From NCBI GenBank assembly GCA_964016885.1, contig OZ024763.1, forward strand, positions 6,758,001-6,822,000: a stretch of 64,000 bases of DNA, read 5' to 3'. A program made the translations under genes and the position numbers. Shown here one piece after another: positions 25,023-40,556 of the stretch (the first letter of the stretch is position 1; each line of letters begins with the position of its first letter). Below the pieces are notes generated by a model. It was not told the origin of the DNA. It was given only the letters and a program-made list of their open reading frames with translations, and did not search any database. This stretch comes from Eledone cirrhosa (taxonomy: Eukaryota).

Positions 25023-26324
25023 ATGTGTGTGTGTGGGTGTATACATACATACATATTTATCTCCGAGCGTATTTGAAAAATCAAACAAGCGTGGACACAA
25101 AAGCAGCCGTTAATGTAAATATATATACTATACATATATATACACATATATATACACATATGCACATATATATACACACGATATCATTGACGTAAACTCT
25201 GTCTTAGAGTGCTAATATCTATTACTTAGACATTAATGGTGGTGGTGGTGGTGTTGGTGGTGATGGTGGTGGTGGTGCTGGTTGATGGTGGTGGTGGTGG
25301 TGGTGGTGGTGGTTGGAGGTAGTGGTGTTGGTGGTGCTGGTTGATGGTGGTGGTTGATGGTGGTGGTGGTGGTGGTGCTGGTGGTTGGAGGTCGTGGTGT
25401 TGGTGGTGATGATGATGCCGGTGGTAGTGTTGTTGGTGGTGATGGTGGTGGTGTTGGTGATGATGATGACGGTGGTAGTGTTGTTGGTGATGGTGGTGGT
25501 GATGGTAGTGGTGATGGTAGTGGTGGTGGTGATGGTGATGGTAGTGGTGGTGGTGGTGGTGGTAGTGATGGTAGTGGTGATGGTAGTGGTGGTGGTGTGA
25601 GATTGCGATGTCAGAAATAGCACTGAACACAATAGAACGCCGCCGGTGAGAAATAAGAGAGAGAGAGAGAGAGAGAGATCTTGACAAATGTGAATGAAAC
25701 AAGGTAGATTGGGGGGGGGGGGATAGAATGAGTGGGCGAAGAAAAAGTTCGTGGGCGGAGGTGAATGACATGATTATTATTATTATTATCAATTTATTTC
25801 CATCATCATCACCATCACCACCACCATCACCACCACCACCACCATCACCATCACCATCACCATCACCACCACCATCACCACCATCACCACCACCATCACC
25901 ACCACCACCACCATCACCACCACCATCACCACCACCATCACCACCACCATCACCATCATCATTGCGATCACCACCATCACCATCATCATCATCATATCAT
26001 CATCACCACCACCACCATCACCACCACCACCACCACCATCACCACCATCACCACCACCATCACCATCATCATTACGATCACCACCATCATCATCATCATA
26101 TCATCATCATCACCACCACCATCACCACCACCACCATCACCACCACCACCATCACCACCACCATCACCACCATCACCACACTCATACCACCACCACCACA
26201 CCACCACCACCACTATCAGTGGTATGTCGTAATTAACATGTGACGTAGTTAATTTTGTAATCATAAATGAAAACAGTTTCTGTGATATATATGTGTGTGT
26301 ATATATATTATATATATATATTTG

Positions 26325-26356
<32 letters not shown>

Positions 26357-26417
26357 TTGGTGTGTGTATATATATATATATATTTGGTGTGTGTATATAT
26401 ATATATATATATATTTG

Positions 26418-26461
<44 letters not shown>

Positions 26462-26489
26462 GTGAGCAAGTATATTTATAGATACATGC

Positions 26490-26521
<32 letters not shown>

Positions 26522-26560
26522 GTGGTGTGGGTGTATATGAATATACCTGCTCACACACAC

Positions 26561-26619
<59 letters not shown>

Positions 26620-26706
26620 TATATGTATATGTGGTGTGTGTATATGAATGTACCTGCTCACACACACACATATACATTCATACACACACATATATATACA
26701 TATGTA

Positions 26707-26740
<34 letters not shown>

Positions 26741-27136
26741 CACGTGTTATTTCGTGTGAGCATACACACACATTTCGACTTTTTTATTTTAATGTAATTT
26801 TTCTTCCATTCATGCTATTGCTGCAGTAGTGGTGGTGGTTGTAGTGGTGGTGGTGTAGTAGTAGTGCTGGTGGTGGTGGTGGTAGTGGTGATGTAGTAGT
26901 AGTAGTTGTAGTAGTAGTGCTGGTGGTGGTGTAGTAGTAGTGCTGGTGGTGGTGGTGGTAGTGGTGATGTAGTAGTAGTAGTTGTAGTAGTAGTGCTGGT
27001 GGTGGTAGTAGTAGTGCTGGTGGTGGTGGTAGTGGTGATGTAATAGTAGTAGTAGTAAGGGTGGTAGTAGTAGTGCTGGTGGTGGTGGTAGTGGTGATGT
27101 TGTAGTAGTAGTGCTGGTGGTGGTGGTAGTGGTGAT

Positions 27137-27168
<32 letters not shown>

Positions 27169-27589
27169 GCTGGTGGTGGTGGTAGTGGTGATGTAGTAGT
27201 TGTGATGTAGTAGTAGTGGTGGTAGTAATAGTGGTGGTGGTAGTGGTGGTAGTAATAGTGGTGGTGGTAATGTTGGTGGTGGCAGTAGTAGTAGTGTCAG
27301 CGGTGCTTTTAGGCGGGAAACGAGGCGGCTGTCGTAAAAGTGTGACGTAGGCAGGGACGTTGTTTTTGTTAATCCTTTGTACTGTCGTTGTTCCTGTTGT
27401 TGTTACTGTTGTACAGCTTTTCGTGTAATGACGTCAGCAGTGACGACACCAATAAGATATAAAATATGTTTATAGAGCCGACTCTAATGAGAAATCCCTT
27501 ACGTAGGTTGAACGACCTTCTAAACATAGCTACCAAATTAGTCCTCAAGTGACACACTCCTGTCGTTATTTTAACGTGTATTTGAGCCG

Positions 27590-28220
27590 GCTTCTGTAGT
27601 TGACCTCTGCTGGTGTAGTTTATCTCCGCTGATATAGTTGATCTCTGCTGGTGTAGTTGATCTCTGCTCTGCTGGTATAGTTAATCTCTGCTGGTGTAGT
27701 TGACCTCTGCTGGTATAGTTGTCCTCTGCTGGCGTAGTTGATCTCTGCTCTGCTGGTATAGTTGATCTCTGCTCTGCTGGTGGGTGTAGTTGACCACTGC
27801 TGGTGTAGTTGATCCTTGCTGGTGCAGTTGATCCTTGCTGGTGCAGTTGATCCCTGTTGGTGTAGTTGATCTATGCTGGTGTAGTTGATCCCTGTCTGTG
27901 TATTTGACCACTGCTGGTGTAGTTGATCCCTGCCTGTGTATTTGACCACTGCTGGTGTAGTTGATCTCTGCTAGTGTAGTTGATCCCTGCCTGTATAGTT
28001 GATACCTGCTGGTGTAGTTGATCACTGCTTGTATAGTTGATCCCTGCTTGTATAGTTGATCCCTGTCGGTGTAGTTGATCCCTACTGGTGTAGTTGATCC
28101 CTGTTTACGTAGATCTCTGCTTGTATTGTTGATCCCTACCTTTATAGTTGACCATTGCTGGTGTAGTTGATCCCTGCTGGTGTAATTGAACCTTGGTTGT
28201 ATACTTGCCTTGCTGGTGCA
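27590..28220. repeat. Degenerate ~20-bp minisatellite (gtagttgatccctgctggt)
   Basis: Recurrent tagttgatc motif about every 20-25 bp. Confidence 0.88.
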
Positions 28221-28994
28221 GTTTTAAATCTAATTTTCTGCAGTAGGTTTATCCATTTTGTGTCCAATACTGCAAGAAGTGTTTACATGTTAAATTATGT
28301 TTAAAAAACTTAAAACGTGAATAAAATATTAAACCTATCCATTTCAAGAGAATGATAAACAGTGGGTTATGGCGCCTGCTTCAAACATTTATGTATTTCT
28401 AAATATAATTTTGTGAAGGAAGTTTACATAATATGTCAAATACTACATGTGCTGTCTACATGTTTAATTATGGTTAAAATATTTAAACCCACTCACAAAA
28501 TGTTACAAATAAACCTCATTACATTATAAATGTTTCTCAGCCTCAGAGAATATTAAACACTGGGGCAGGGTTCCAGACTTAAATATTTGTACTGTTTTAT
28601 TATGACCTTAAAATAACCACTCTATCTCCTCACACATCACATCATGCCATCATTATACCATCATACACCATCACACCATACCACCATACCACACCACTAC
28701 ACCGCCACAGCTGTGATTATTCTAACATACAGTTTATCCTTTGCATGTGCAGTTTTAAATCTAAATTAGTGAAGTAAGTTTATATATTCTGTCAAATACT
28801 ACATATTGTGTTTACATGTTAAAAGATAGTTAAAAAATGTAAACACACCCATAAACTGTTTAAAACAAACATATTTCTTCATTACACCATTCCAGAAAAG
28901 ACAGGATAGTCACCGATGGAATGGCCTTGGGAAGGGAGCGGGTGTCTTAGGTATGCTCAATCAGAACCAATCTTTGACTAAACTCTAAATACTT

Positions 28995-29176
28995 TAGTAT
29001 ATTTTTAAAACGTAAGGAAGTGTTGAAAAGTGTTGAAATTTAATTTAAGGGCCACTGCAGCATTAGAACTTCACTTGCCAGTAACCCAAACTGACCTTTG
29101 ACCGTATAAGACGCAGGGTGATTTTCAGGGACATTTTGGGGAAAGAAAAGTGCGTCTTATATGTCGTCAAATATGG
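28995..29176 (-). mobile_element. Partial pogo/Tigger-type MITE, inverted relative to 29279-29608
   Basis: Reverse complement matches 29279-29450; ends tgcgtcttatatgtcgtcaaatatgg-TA. Confidence 0.75.
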
Positions 29177-29278
29177 TATGGGATAACGAGTGTGTTTATA
29201 ATATGACAGATATTGGTACCCTGATGAAGATCTGTTTATAAATAAACACTCACTTATTATCAAATGTTGTTTCCCATA

Positions 29279-29608
29279 CCGTATTTGACGACGTATAAGA
29301 CGCATTTTACTTTCCAAAAGATATCCCAGAAGACCACCCTGCCTCTTATAAGGGCAAGGGTCAGTTAGGGTTACTGGCTAGTAGAGTTCTATTGCTGCAG
29401 TGGGCCTTAAATTAAATTTCCGCACTTCCTTAGGTTATAAAAATGTACTACAATATTACAACTAGAAATACGACGTACAATGGTGATAAATGTACAAACT
29501 TTACATCCTTCACCTGACAGTTGTAATTTAAACCCGTTTTTTTTAAATGTCTGCCCAAATTGATGTGCGTTTTATTAGCCCATACATCTTGTAAGCTGTT
29601 CACTACGG
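29279..29608 (+). mobile_element. pogo/Tigger-type MITE
   Basis: TA-ccgtatttgacgacgtataagacgca at the left end and cactacgg-TA at the right end; TIR style typical of pogo-like elements. Confidence 0.7.
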
Positions 29609-31394
29609 TATATCTGGGACCCTACTTTAGTGATCCGTTTAGAAGCAGGGGCTCCTCCCAAATATATTTTGTTGCAAGACCCTTTTAAGATTTCACCACA
29701 AATCGGGGTACCCATATCTATCATCATAAACACACTGACTCGTTGTTGTTAAGTCAGACAGTCATCTATTTTTTTCTTTTCTTTTTTTTTCTTTTTTTCT
29801 TTTTTTCCCTTTTTTTTCTTTTATTCTTTTTTTTTCTTTTATTCTTTTTTTTCTTTTCTTTTTTTTTCTTTTTTTCTTTTTTTCTTTTTTTCTTTTTTTC
29901 TTTTTTTCTTTTTTTCCCTGTTTTTCTTTTTTTTCTTTTCTTTTCTGTTTTTTCTTTTTTTCTTTTTTTTTCTTTTTTTCGTTTTTTCTTTTTTTCCCTT
30001 TGTTTTTCTTTTTTTCTTTTCTTCTTTTCTCTTTTTTCTTTTTTCTTTTTTCTTTTTTCTTTTTTCTTTTTCTTCTCCCTTCTCCCTCTCTTCTTCTTCC
30101 TCTCCTTCCTCTTTTTCTTTTTCTTCTTCCTCTTCTTCCTGAGAGGGTCGTCGAGGTAAAGTCCTCAAACACTACCAGTAGGTCCTGTCACAACCCACCG
30201 TCTCCCGCTGTATCCTCAAACGAGACCAGCCAAGCTTATGGATGTTATCCAACCAATTAGTCTCTGGAACGTAACATAACAAACGTTTTTACATAAAAAT
30301 TACCATTGAATGCTTCTTCCGCTCTAACAGCCGTGACGTCATTAATTTGCGTTCTCTAAACATTATGTAATCGATATATCGATAACAATTTCATAGCTTG
30401 TTGATCGATTTAAACTCCAAACATCAATACTTGTAACGTCATCTTCATTTAAGTTCATTTATTGCCACGCATCAATGATTTCTGTCTGTGTGTGTGTGTC
30501 TGTCTGTGTACGTGTGTGTGTGTGTGTCTGTGTGTGTGTCTGTGTGTGTGTCTGTGTGTGTGTCTGTGTGTGTCTGTGTACGTGGGTGTGTATGTGTCTG
30601 TCTGTGTGTGCCTATCTGTATATTTGTCTATATGCCTGTATAGGTGTCTGTGTGGGTGTCTTTCTGTGTGTACGTGTGTTTGGGTGTATGTGTCGGTGTG
30701 TGTGTGTTTAAGTTATATGTGTGAGTCTGTTTCTGTATGTTTGTGTGTGTGTTTGTGGGGGGGGGGGTCTGTGTGTACGTTTCTGTGTGTGTACGTGTCT
30801 GTGTATGTGTGTGTCTGTATATATGTGTATGTGTGTGTCTGTACGTGTGTATGTGTGTATGTGTGTGTGTGTGTGTCTGTGTCTGTATGTATGTGTATGT
30901 GTGTGTGTATGTGTATACTAATTAGAAATGGTGTCTGATTACGAAACGTCACTTAGACGTAATATTCTAATATTCGCCATTTTGTTTTAATATCATAACC
31001 ACCCTCTTTTTTTCTCCCTCTCTCTCTCTCTCTCCCTTCTATGTTTTTTTCTTTCTCTTTCGACATTTCACCCCTCCCCCTCTCTCGCTGCCTCTCTCTC
31101 TCTCCCTCTCTCCCTCTCTCTCTCTCTCGCTGCCTCTCTCTCTCTCTCTCTGCCTCTCTCTCATATATGTCTTCCCTATTTGGTGCCTGCTACTCTCCAG
31201 TTCGGTATGTCGAGTTTGGAGGGTGGGTCCCAGTTTGGTTTAGCAGGAAGTTTGGAATGCAGGGTTGGTGTTCGGTTTAGGCTATTTGCTGAGAGTTTGT
31301 GGACTGATTGGAGCAATAACGGTCTCATCTACCCCCCCCCCCCCCCATATATATATGGGGGGGGGTAGCTCTCTCTCTCTTTCTAACGCCTAAA

Positions 31395-31780
31395 TACAAA
31401 ATCGTGCAATGCATAAGCCATAAATCCTGTGGCAGAGGTTACTTCTGTAAACACAAAACCAACACGTTAAATATGAGCATAACAGAAGGGAAATTCAAGC
31501 AAAGATTTCACAAACCAACTTCTCTCACGAATCATATTTGTAAACAGACCGACGGGAGAAGATGTGACAACATCAGTTGACGATAGCTGTTACTTAGGAG
31601 GACTCTGCATCTAACCACCATATTAAATGTAAGATTATGGACGGACAAAAGTGTGATAAGATGCGATCTTGACACAGCAAAGAAAAGAGTAAAGATGCAT
31701 TACTATGATTTCTATATGAAAAACAGATGGGATACTTTCTCAAAGTGCAGCCACATTAGGAAGTATCTGTTAGGCAACAG
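31395..31780 (+). mobile_element. Decayed Penelope-like GIY-YIG endonuclease C-terminal region
   Basis: Across frameshifts: ITEGKFKQRF (cf. YIG-x-TEG-x-FK-x-R) and terminal FSKCSHIRKYLL (cf. SKCRH-x2-K[FY]LL). Confidence 0.65.
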
Positions 31781-32349
31781 ACCATAACACATTCACCTGA
31801 ATAACTACCCTCAAAAGTACACATAAATGTCCACATACATATATTGACATTTATAGATATTACTTCTTTTGATTTATCATTTGTCTTCTTTCTTTTAGTG
31901 TCCCGTCCCTCCACTACTCTCCCCTTTCACCCAGGGCGCGTCTATTTATTTCTCTTTAGTGCTAAAACTCTCTTTTCTCGAGGTGTTTCTTTCAAAAGTG
32001 AGTTATCTTTGTTCTACATCTAATTTTATTAAATAAAATATAAAACGAAACCTAAACAGGAACGTATTTTGAATGAGAAACCAGAAAAGAGCGCTGCAAG
32101 CTGTGATATAAATTTATGTGATGTGATGTGAAGGTGTTCTCTAAACTAACTGAATTAAAAACAACTTGAAAGCAAATCAATTAAAATAACACTTACACAC
32201 ACACACACACACACACACCCACCGTATCTCTAGCAATTGACTGATGAGGCGGTACAGTCTTTTCGTCCATTTTCCAGCATTTGCCCATATATATATTTTA
32301 TTTGTATATATATATATACATAGAAATCTCTCTCTACATAGATACAAAC

Positions 32350-32380
<31 letters not shown>

Positions 32381-32539
32381 TCACATATATACATATAAAC
32401 ATATACACACACACACACAGACACACACACACAGACAGACAGACAGAGAGACAGACAGAGAGACAGAGAGAGAGAAACGTACATGTATAGCTCTAGATAT
32501 ACAAGATAAAAAGGATAGCGGTAGGTAGATGTCTATCAA

Positions 32540-32735
32540 CAAGGCCAGTTGTGGCATCCGACAACGAAGCCAACAACCGCCATTAACAAGAACGATAACC
32601 CAACTCTGTTTACCTTAATTCTATTTATTTGTTTAGAGTCCGGTTTCGGTAAAATACGTCGGTGGTTGTTGGATGGCTTTAGGTGGAGATTGGAAAGGTG
32701 TGAGAGCAGGAATTTACGTATTGGTGGGCATATGG
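32540..32735 (-). mobile_element. Possible Penelope-like ORF end and 3' region
   Basis: Minus strand [10 protein letters not shown] resembles the CSHIRKYLL terminus at 31746. Confidence 0.35.
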
Positions 32736-32759
32736 TATATATATGGGTGTGTGTGTAGG

Positions 32760-32820
<61 letters not shown>

Positions 32821-33602
32821 GTGTGTGTGTGAGTAGGTGTATATATATGTATATATGTGTATATATGTGTATATATATATATGTGTATGTGTGTGTATAT
32901 AGGTATATATATGTGTGTGTGAGTAGGTGTATATATATATATATGTGTGTATATATATATATGTGTATATAAATATATATATATATGTGTATATATATAT
33001 GTGAATATGTGTATATATATATATGCATATATGTGTATATATATATATATGCATATATGTGTATATATATATATGCATATGTATATATATATATATATGC
33101 ATATGTATATATATATATATGCATATATGTGTATATATATATATGCATATATGTGTATATATATATATGCATATATGTGTATATATATATATGCATATAC
33201 GTGTATATATATATATGCATATGTGTATATATATATATGCATATGTGTATATATATATATGCATATATGTATATATATATGCATATATGTATATATATAT
33301 ATATGCATATATATATATATGCATATATACATGTGTATATATATATGCATATATACATGTGTATATATATATGCATATATACATGTGTATATATATATGC
33401 ATATATACATGTGTATATATATATATATATGCATATATACATATATATATAATGTGTATGTATATATATATATATATATATATATAGGTACTTTATATAT
33501 ATCTTGATATTCACATATTTATAGATAAATTATATATATTCACACATACGTAGATATTTTATATATATACACACACACAAATATATTATATATATATGTA
33601 TA

Positions 33603-33635
<33 letters not shown>

Positions 33636-34485
33636 TAATTAGGTAAACCTAATTAATGAAAAGCCAAGAAATGAAAGATAAGTGGTAGATTTAACATGTT
33701 TAATGTATGTGGGTGGCTGGGTGTGTCTCTGTGTGTGTGTGTATTTGGGTGGCTGGGTGTGTATGTGTGTATGTGGGTGGCTGTGTGTGTCGGTGGGTGG
33801 GTGTCTATGTATGAGTGTGTGTGTATGATTGTGGGTGGCTGTGTGAGTGAGTTTGATTGGGCATGTGTGTGCGCATGTGTGAGTATGTTTGAATGTGTGT
33901 ATGCGGGTGCGTGTGTGTGATTGTATGTGTGGAGGCTCATTATGTGTGTGTGTGTGTGTGTGTATGTTTGAGTGAGTGTTATGTGGATGCTGCTTCTGTG
34001 AGTCTGTATGTGTGTGGTTTTGTGTGTGTGTGTGTGAGACTGTGTTAATGTGTGTGTGGAAATGTGTGAGTGCGTGTTAGTGCGTATTAGTGTGCTTAGT
34101 GTCTGTGTGTGCGTCTATGTGCTTGTGCATCAGTGTGTGTGTGTGTCTGTATGTCCATCAGTGTTATGTGTCTGTGTTTGACAGTGTATATGTGTGTTAG
34201 TGTCTGTATGTGTTTGTATGTATGTGAGTGTGTGTTTGTGTGTGCGTGTGGAAATATGTGTGAGTGCGTGTTAGTGCGTCAGTGTGTGTGCGTGAGTGTC
34301 TGTGTGTGTCTATGTGCTTATGCATCAGTGTGTGTGTGTGTGTCTGTATGTCCCTCAGTGTTATATATGTCTGTGTTTGTCAGTGTATATGTGTGTTAGT
34401 GTCTGCATGTGTTTGTATGTATGTGAGTGTGTTTGTGTGTGCGTGTGTCTGTATGTGTGTCAGTGTATGCCACTGCCCGTATATA

Positions 34486-34520
<35 letters not shown>

Positions 34521-34788
34521 ATGTATGAATGTATGTATGTATGTATGCATGCATGCCTATGTATGTATGTATGTGTATGTATGTATGTATGCATGCCACT
34601 GTATGTATGTATGTATGCATGCCACTGTATGTATGTATGTATGTATGCCACTATCTGTCTGTCTGTATGTATGTATGTATGCCACTGTATGTATGTCTGT
34701 CTGTATGTAAGTATGTATATTCACATGCACATATATTTGTAAATAAATACAGTTGTGTATGGATACACTGTTTATACACATCGATACA

Positions 34789-34847
<59 letters not shown>

Positions 34848-34892
34848 GTGTCACTGTATAAATTATTTACTTTACCCACCCTCATATCTTAT

Positions 34893-34961
<69 letters not shown>

Positions 34962-35139
34962 TGTGTGTGTATATATATATATGTATTTGTGTGTGTATAT
35001 ATGTGTGTGTGAGTATATATATATACACATATATGTATGTATTTATGTATATCTGGCTGTATGTATATATATATATATATACATACACACACACATATGT
35101 ATGTATTTATTTATTTATTTATGTACAGACACACGTACG

Positions 35140-35201
<62 letters not shown>

Positions 35202-35244
35202 TGTGTATATATATATGCGTGTGTCTATATATATATATATGTGC

Positions 35245-35283
<39 letters not shown>

Positions 35284-35287
35284 TGTG

Positions 35288-35324
<37 letters not shown>

Positions 35325-35351
35325 GTGTGTGTATATATGTGTGTGTGTGAG

Positions 35352-35393
<42 letters not shown>

Positions 35394-35939
35394 TATATAT
35401 ACATATATAGGTGCCACTAGAAGAATGTGCCAACAGAACCGCGTTATCTAAAGACCAACTCTGAGACGATGTTGGTTCTACCAACGTTACATTTGTTTTC
35501 ATTTCCACGAAGAAAACAGGCGTTTCCAAACTCGAAAAAAAAGATGTCCTCACGTTTAGACACGAACAACGAAGCGGGCGAAGTTTTAGTTTAGTAGAAA
35601 TAGCTTTCACCGCATTTTGACTAAATAAATTTTTAGCCTGATAGAGGGCCTTATAACTCTCTAAAAAATGGAAAAGAATGAGTATTGACGTACATTTTAT
35701 ATATAAATGTGTGTATATATATATATATATATGTGTATATATATGTGTGTGTGTATATATGTATATATGTGTGTGTGTATATATGTATATATGTGTGTGT
35801 ATATATATATATATATATGTGTGTGTGTATATATATATATATATGTGTGTATATATATATGTATATATATATATCTGTATATATATGTATATATATGTAT
35901 ATGTATGTATATGTATATATATGTATATGTATGTATATG

Positions 35940-35992
<53 letters not shown>

Positions 35993-36010
35993 GTATATAT
36001 ATGTATATGT

Positions 36011-36104
<94 letters not shown>

Positions 36105-36395
36105 GTATATATATATATGTATATGTATATATATGTATATATGTATATGTATATATATGTATATGTATATATATGTATATATATGTATATGTATATATAT
36201 GTATATATATATATGTATATGTATATATATGTATATATGTATATGTATATATATGTATATATATGTATATGTATATATGTATGTATATGTATATATATAT
36301 GTATATGTATGTATATGTATATATATATGTATATATATGTATATATATGTATGTATATGTATATATATATGTATATATATGTATATATATGTATG

Positions 36396-36450
<55 letters not shown>

Positions 36451-36752
36451 GTATATATATGTGTATATGTATATATGTATATATGTATGTATATGTATAT
36501 ATATATATGTATATATGCATGTATATGTATATATATATATGTATATATGCATGTATATGTATATATATATGTATATATATATATGTGTGTATATATATAT
36601 ATATGTATATATATGTATATATGTGTGTATATATATATATATGTATATATATGTATATATGTATATATATATATATATATACTATCCAGAGAATATCCAA
36701 CTGATAAGGTATGATTTTCCTGGGTATGTCTCTATTTATAAAACAAATTTTG

Positions 36753-36815
36753 TATTTTATCTGAAGATAGCGTACCAAAGTCTTTTGGTACCCTTGAAAT
36801 ATATATAATAAAATA
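36753..36815 (+). ncRNA. Minimal type I hammerhead ribozyme in a dispersed repeat (36683-36955)
   Basis: tattttat-CTGAAGA-tagcgtaccaaagtcttttggtaccctt-GAAA-tatata-TA-ataaaata: 8-bp stem I, stem II gtaccaa/ttggtac, palindromic stem III. Confidence 0.75.
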
Positions 36816-36955
36816 AATATGGTTTTATAAATATAGTTTCCATTTATTTAATATCATTGAATATTTACTCCAGGAACTTGTTGAGTGCTCTAAATCAGCT
36901 ATAAACATTTATATTTATATTTGTCGGATTTCCAACAAATTAAATACCTCTTCTA

Positions 36956-37003
<48 letters not shown>

Positions 37004-37106
37004 GACCACACGTGAACTGGCCGCTAGTGAAAGCGGGAATATTACAGACGTGTTGATGGCTTTGCTGCTAAAAAAATAGCAGTAAGCAACAACAAATTTT
37101 TTCTCT

Positions 37107-37160
<54 letters not shown>

Positions 37161-37235
37161 AATGTAGAAAAGTTTCGCTTATCTGGACTTGTGCCTCGGA
37201 AGAGAATATTCTTGAATTTTATGTTTATTTTCTTT

Positions 37236-37364
37236 TTGGTTCTGAAGATGAGGTCAGTTCTTGGTTCAGTTATATTATCATCAGCTCTTATTGATTATAT
37301 AATCGATAATTTTCATTTTTATGAACTGAATTTTGATCTGATTTCTGAAACAATTGTAGACCAA
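37236..37364 (+). ncRNA. Type I hammerhead ribozyme with ~98-nt extended stem II
   Basis: ttggtt-CTGAAGA-[tgaggtcag..ttcagtt...aactgaa..ctgatttct]-GAAA-caattg-TA-gaccaa. Confidence 0.65.
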
Positions 37365-37687
37365 TAAATATATATGTTCAAGAACTCGGTATTGTATTCT
37401 CTAACAAGTAATTTTTATATTAGTGCTCTACCTATACACTTTTTACTTAACATATATTTCTCTTGTTTACTTTCATTGTTCGCTTGTCTTGCACGTTATA
37501 CACATTGAGCACTCTGTCTCCTTCACTACTGGCTTATAAATCTCACTACTATTCTCCTTTCTCTCATTCTTGATTGGTTTGTACAAATACTTTTGATACA
37601 TACTTATATATATAAATATATATATATGTATATATATACATACATACATACACACACACACATATATATATATATATGTATATACAT

Positions 37688-37768
<81 letters not shown>

Positions 37769-38998
37769 AGGAAAATACGTACATACATACGTAGGTACAT
37801 GCATACATAAAAACACACATGCATATATACATGTGAACGCGTGGTGAGCATTCCTTAACGTATCTCTCAGGGAGATGCTAGAGTAAATTGGACACATTTT
37901 TGGATCATTCCCCAAACCAGTACAGTTTAGGTCACGTGATATAACATTGCACCAAAATGGAATCTTAAAAATGTAATTGGTTGATGTAACTAACAGATGT
38001 ACACACACACATATATATGTATATATACATGTATATATACATATATATGTAAATATATACATGTATATATATACATGTATATATATACATATATATGTAA
38101 ATATATATTTGTATATATACATGTATATATATATATATGCATGTATATATACATATATATATACATGTATATATTTACATATATATGTATATATACATGT
38201 ATATATTTACATATATATGTATATATACATGTATATATTTACATATATATGTATATATACATGTATATATTTACATATATATGTATATATACATGTATAT
38301 ATTTACATATATATGTATATATACATGTATATATATACATGTATATATATATATACATGTATATATATACATGTATATATACATATATATGTAAATATAT
38401 ACATATATGTAAATATATACATGTATATATATATACATGTATATGTAAATATATACATGTATATATACATATATATGTAAATATATACATGTATATATAC
38501 ATATATATGTAACTATCTATATACATATATATATATATATATATATACATATATATACATGTATATATATGAATATATATATATATATATAATTATGTGT
38601 GTTACATACACACACGATTTCTCACACCCACACATACACACACACACACACACACATATATATACATATATAAAGAATAAATATGTATGTATATGTGTAT
38701 ACACCACACAAACACGCGCATGTAAACTGGTTGTTAGCCTCCAACCATGTATAACAATATTCACCCCACCCCCCGCACACACAGTACCCCACCCCACCCC
38801 ACGGTGTCTTGACCCACTCCCCTCCCACTCCCCTCCCACCACCCTCCGCCCCTCCCACCCTCAGCCATGTAACGAATAAGTAAAAGTACAACCATAACAT
38901 ATCTTGGCACCATCTCCTTCACCTCTCTCCCCCTTACCCCCTCCCCTCTCTCTCTCCTTCATCTATATCTCTCTTTCTCACCCCCTCTGTAAACACAT

Positions 38999-39069
<71 letters not shown>

Positions 39070-39143
39070 CAGGGCGTTTGCACGCAGGTTAAAATGAAAC
39101 TAAAAAAAAAGAAACGGACACGTGATTTAGCGTCATATATATG

Positions 39144-39181
<38 letters not shown>

Positions 39182-39330
39182 TATGTACACACACACATCT
39201 ACATACATACATATATACATACATATATATACATATATATGCATATATACATATGCATACACAAATATATGCATACACATATATATCTACATACACATAC
39301 ATATATATGCATACATATATATATGTACAC

Positions 39331-39378
<48 letters not shown>

Positions 39379-40556
39379 GAAATAGAAAGTGAGGAGTAGG
39401 TGGAGAGAGAGAGGTGTGAGGCAGCAACCGTTTCTAGCGTTCCCCTCACACAGTCTATGTAAAACAAACATAAGACATCTCACCAACCATGTAGTGAGTG
39501 TTATGAAACACTTGTGTAATGAAACACACACACACACATACACTGATACACACACACACACACACGCACACACACTGATGCAGAGACACACACACACACT
39601 GATGCAGAGACACACACACACACTGATACAGAGACACACACACACTACATATACACAGACACACACTGACACACACACACTGATACAGAGATACACACAC
39701 TACATATACAGAGACACACACACTGACACACACACACACTAGATATACATACACACACTACATATACAGAGACTCACACACACACACTAGATATACAGAC
39801 ACACACACACTGATACAGAGACACACACTGACACACACTAGATATACAGACACACACACACTGATACAGATACACACACACTGATACAGATACACACACA
39901 CTGTCTACAATAGACACACACACACTGTCTACAATAGACACACACACACTCTCTACCATAGACACACACTCTACAATAGACACACACACAGTCTACTATA
40001 GACACACACACACACTACCATAGACACACTTACACACACACACAACACACGCACCATAATCGCATCACACACACTGCACACACATGCACACTTCACACAC
40101 ACAACCTGCACACTATTATACCACACATCACCCCATAATCCCCACATATTTACCAAAAACCACACACACACAGTCACACAACATACCACACACTACACAC
40201 CACACACTACACACATTCACATACTAAAATCACACACGCTCAACACATATATATACACGCATACACCATCACACCACACGCATACACCATCACACCACAC
40301 GCAACACACAATCATCACTCCACCCACACACACCATCAACACACTCACACACACATACACACACACATACACACACAATCACACCACATTAGAAACACAA
40401 ACAAATACACGAAGTTGTATATAATACGAGGTATTACAAGGACGTATTAATATATACACCCACCAACAGATGGAGCTATGGTGATGTAACAGCAACGAAA
40501 TACCCCCTAGTTAGTATCTTGTTTTACTCGAAGAAGGGACTTGCTCATATATATAT

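Noticed and set aside
25222-26243. His-, Pro- and Thr-rich ORFs
   Set aside because: (CAC/CAT)n trinucleotide microsatellites in both orientations, as at 2950-3150, 11330-11510, 19415-19640 and 42890-43120.
29743-30172. Poly-Phe and poly-Lys ORFs
   Set aside because: Low-complexity T-rich tract.
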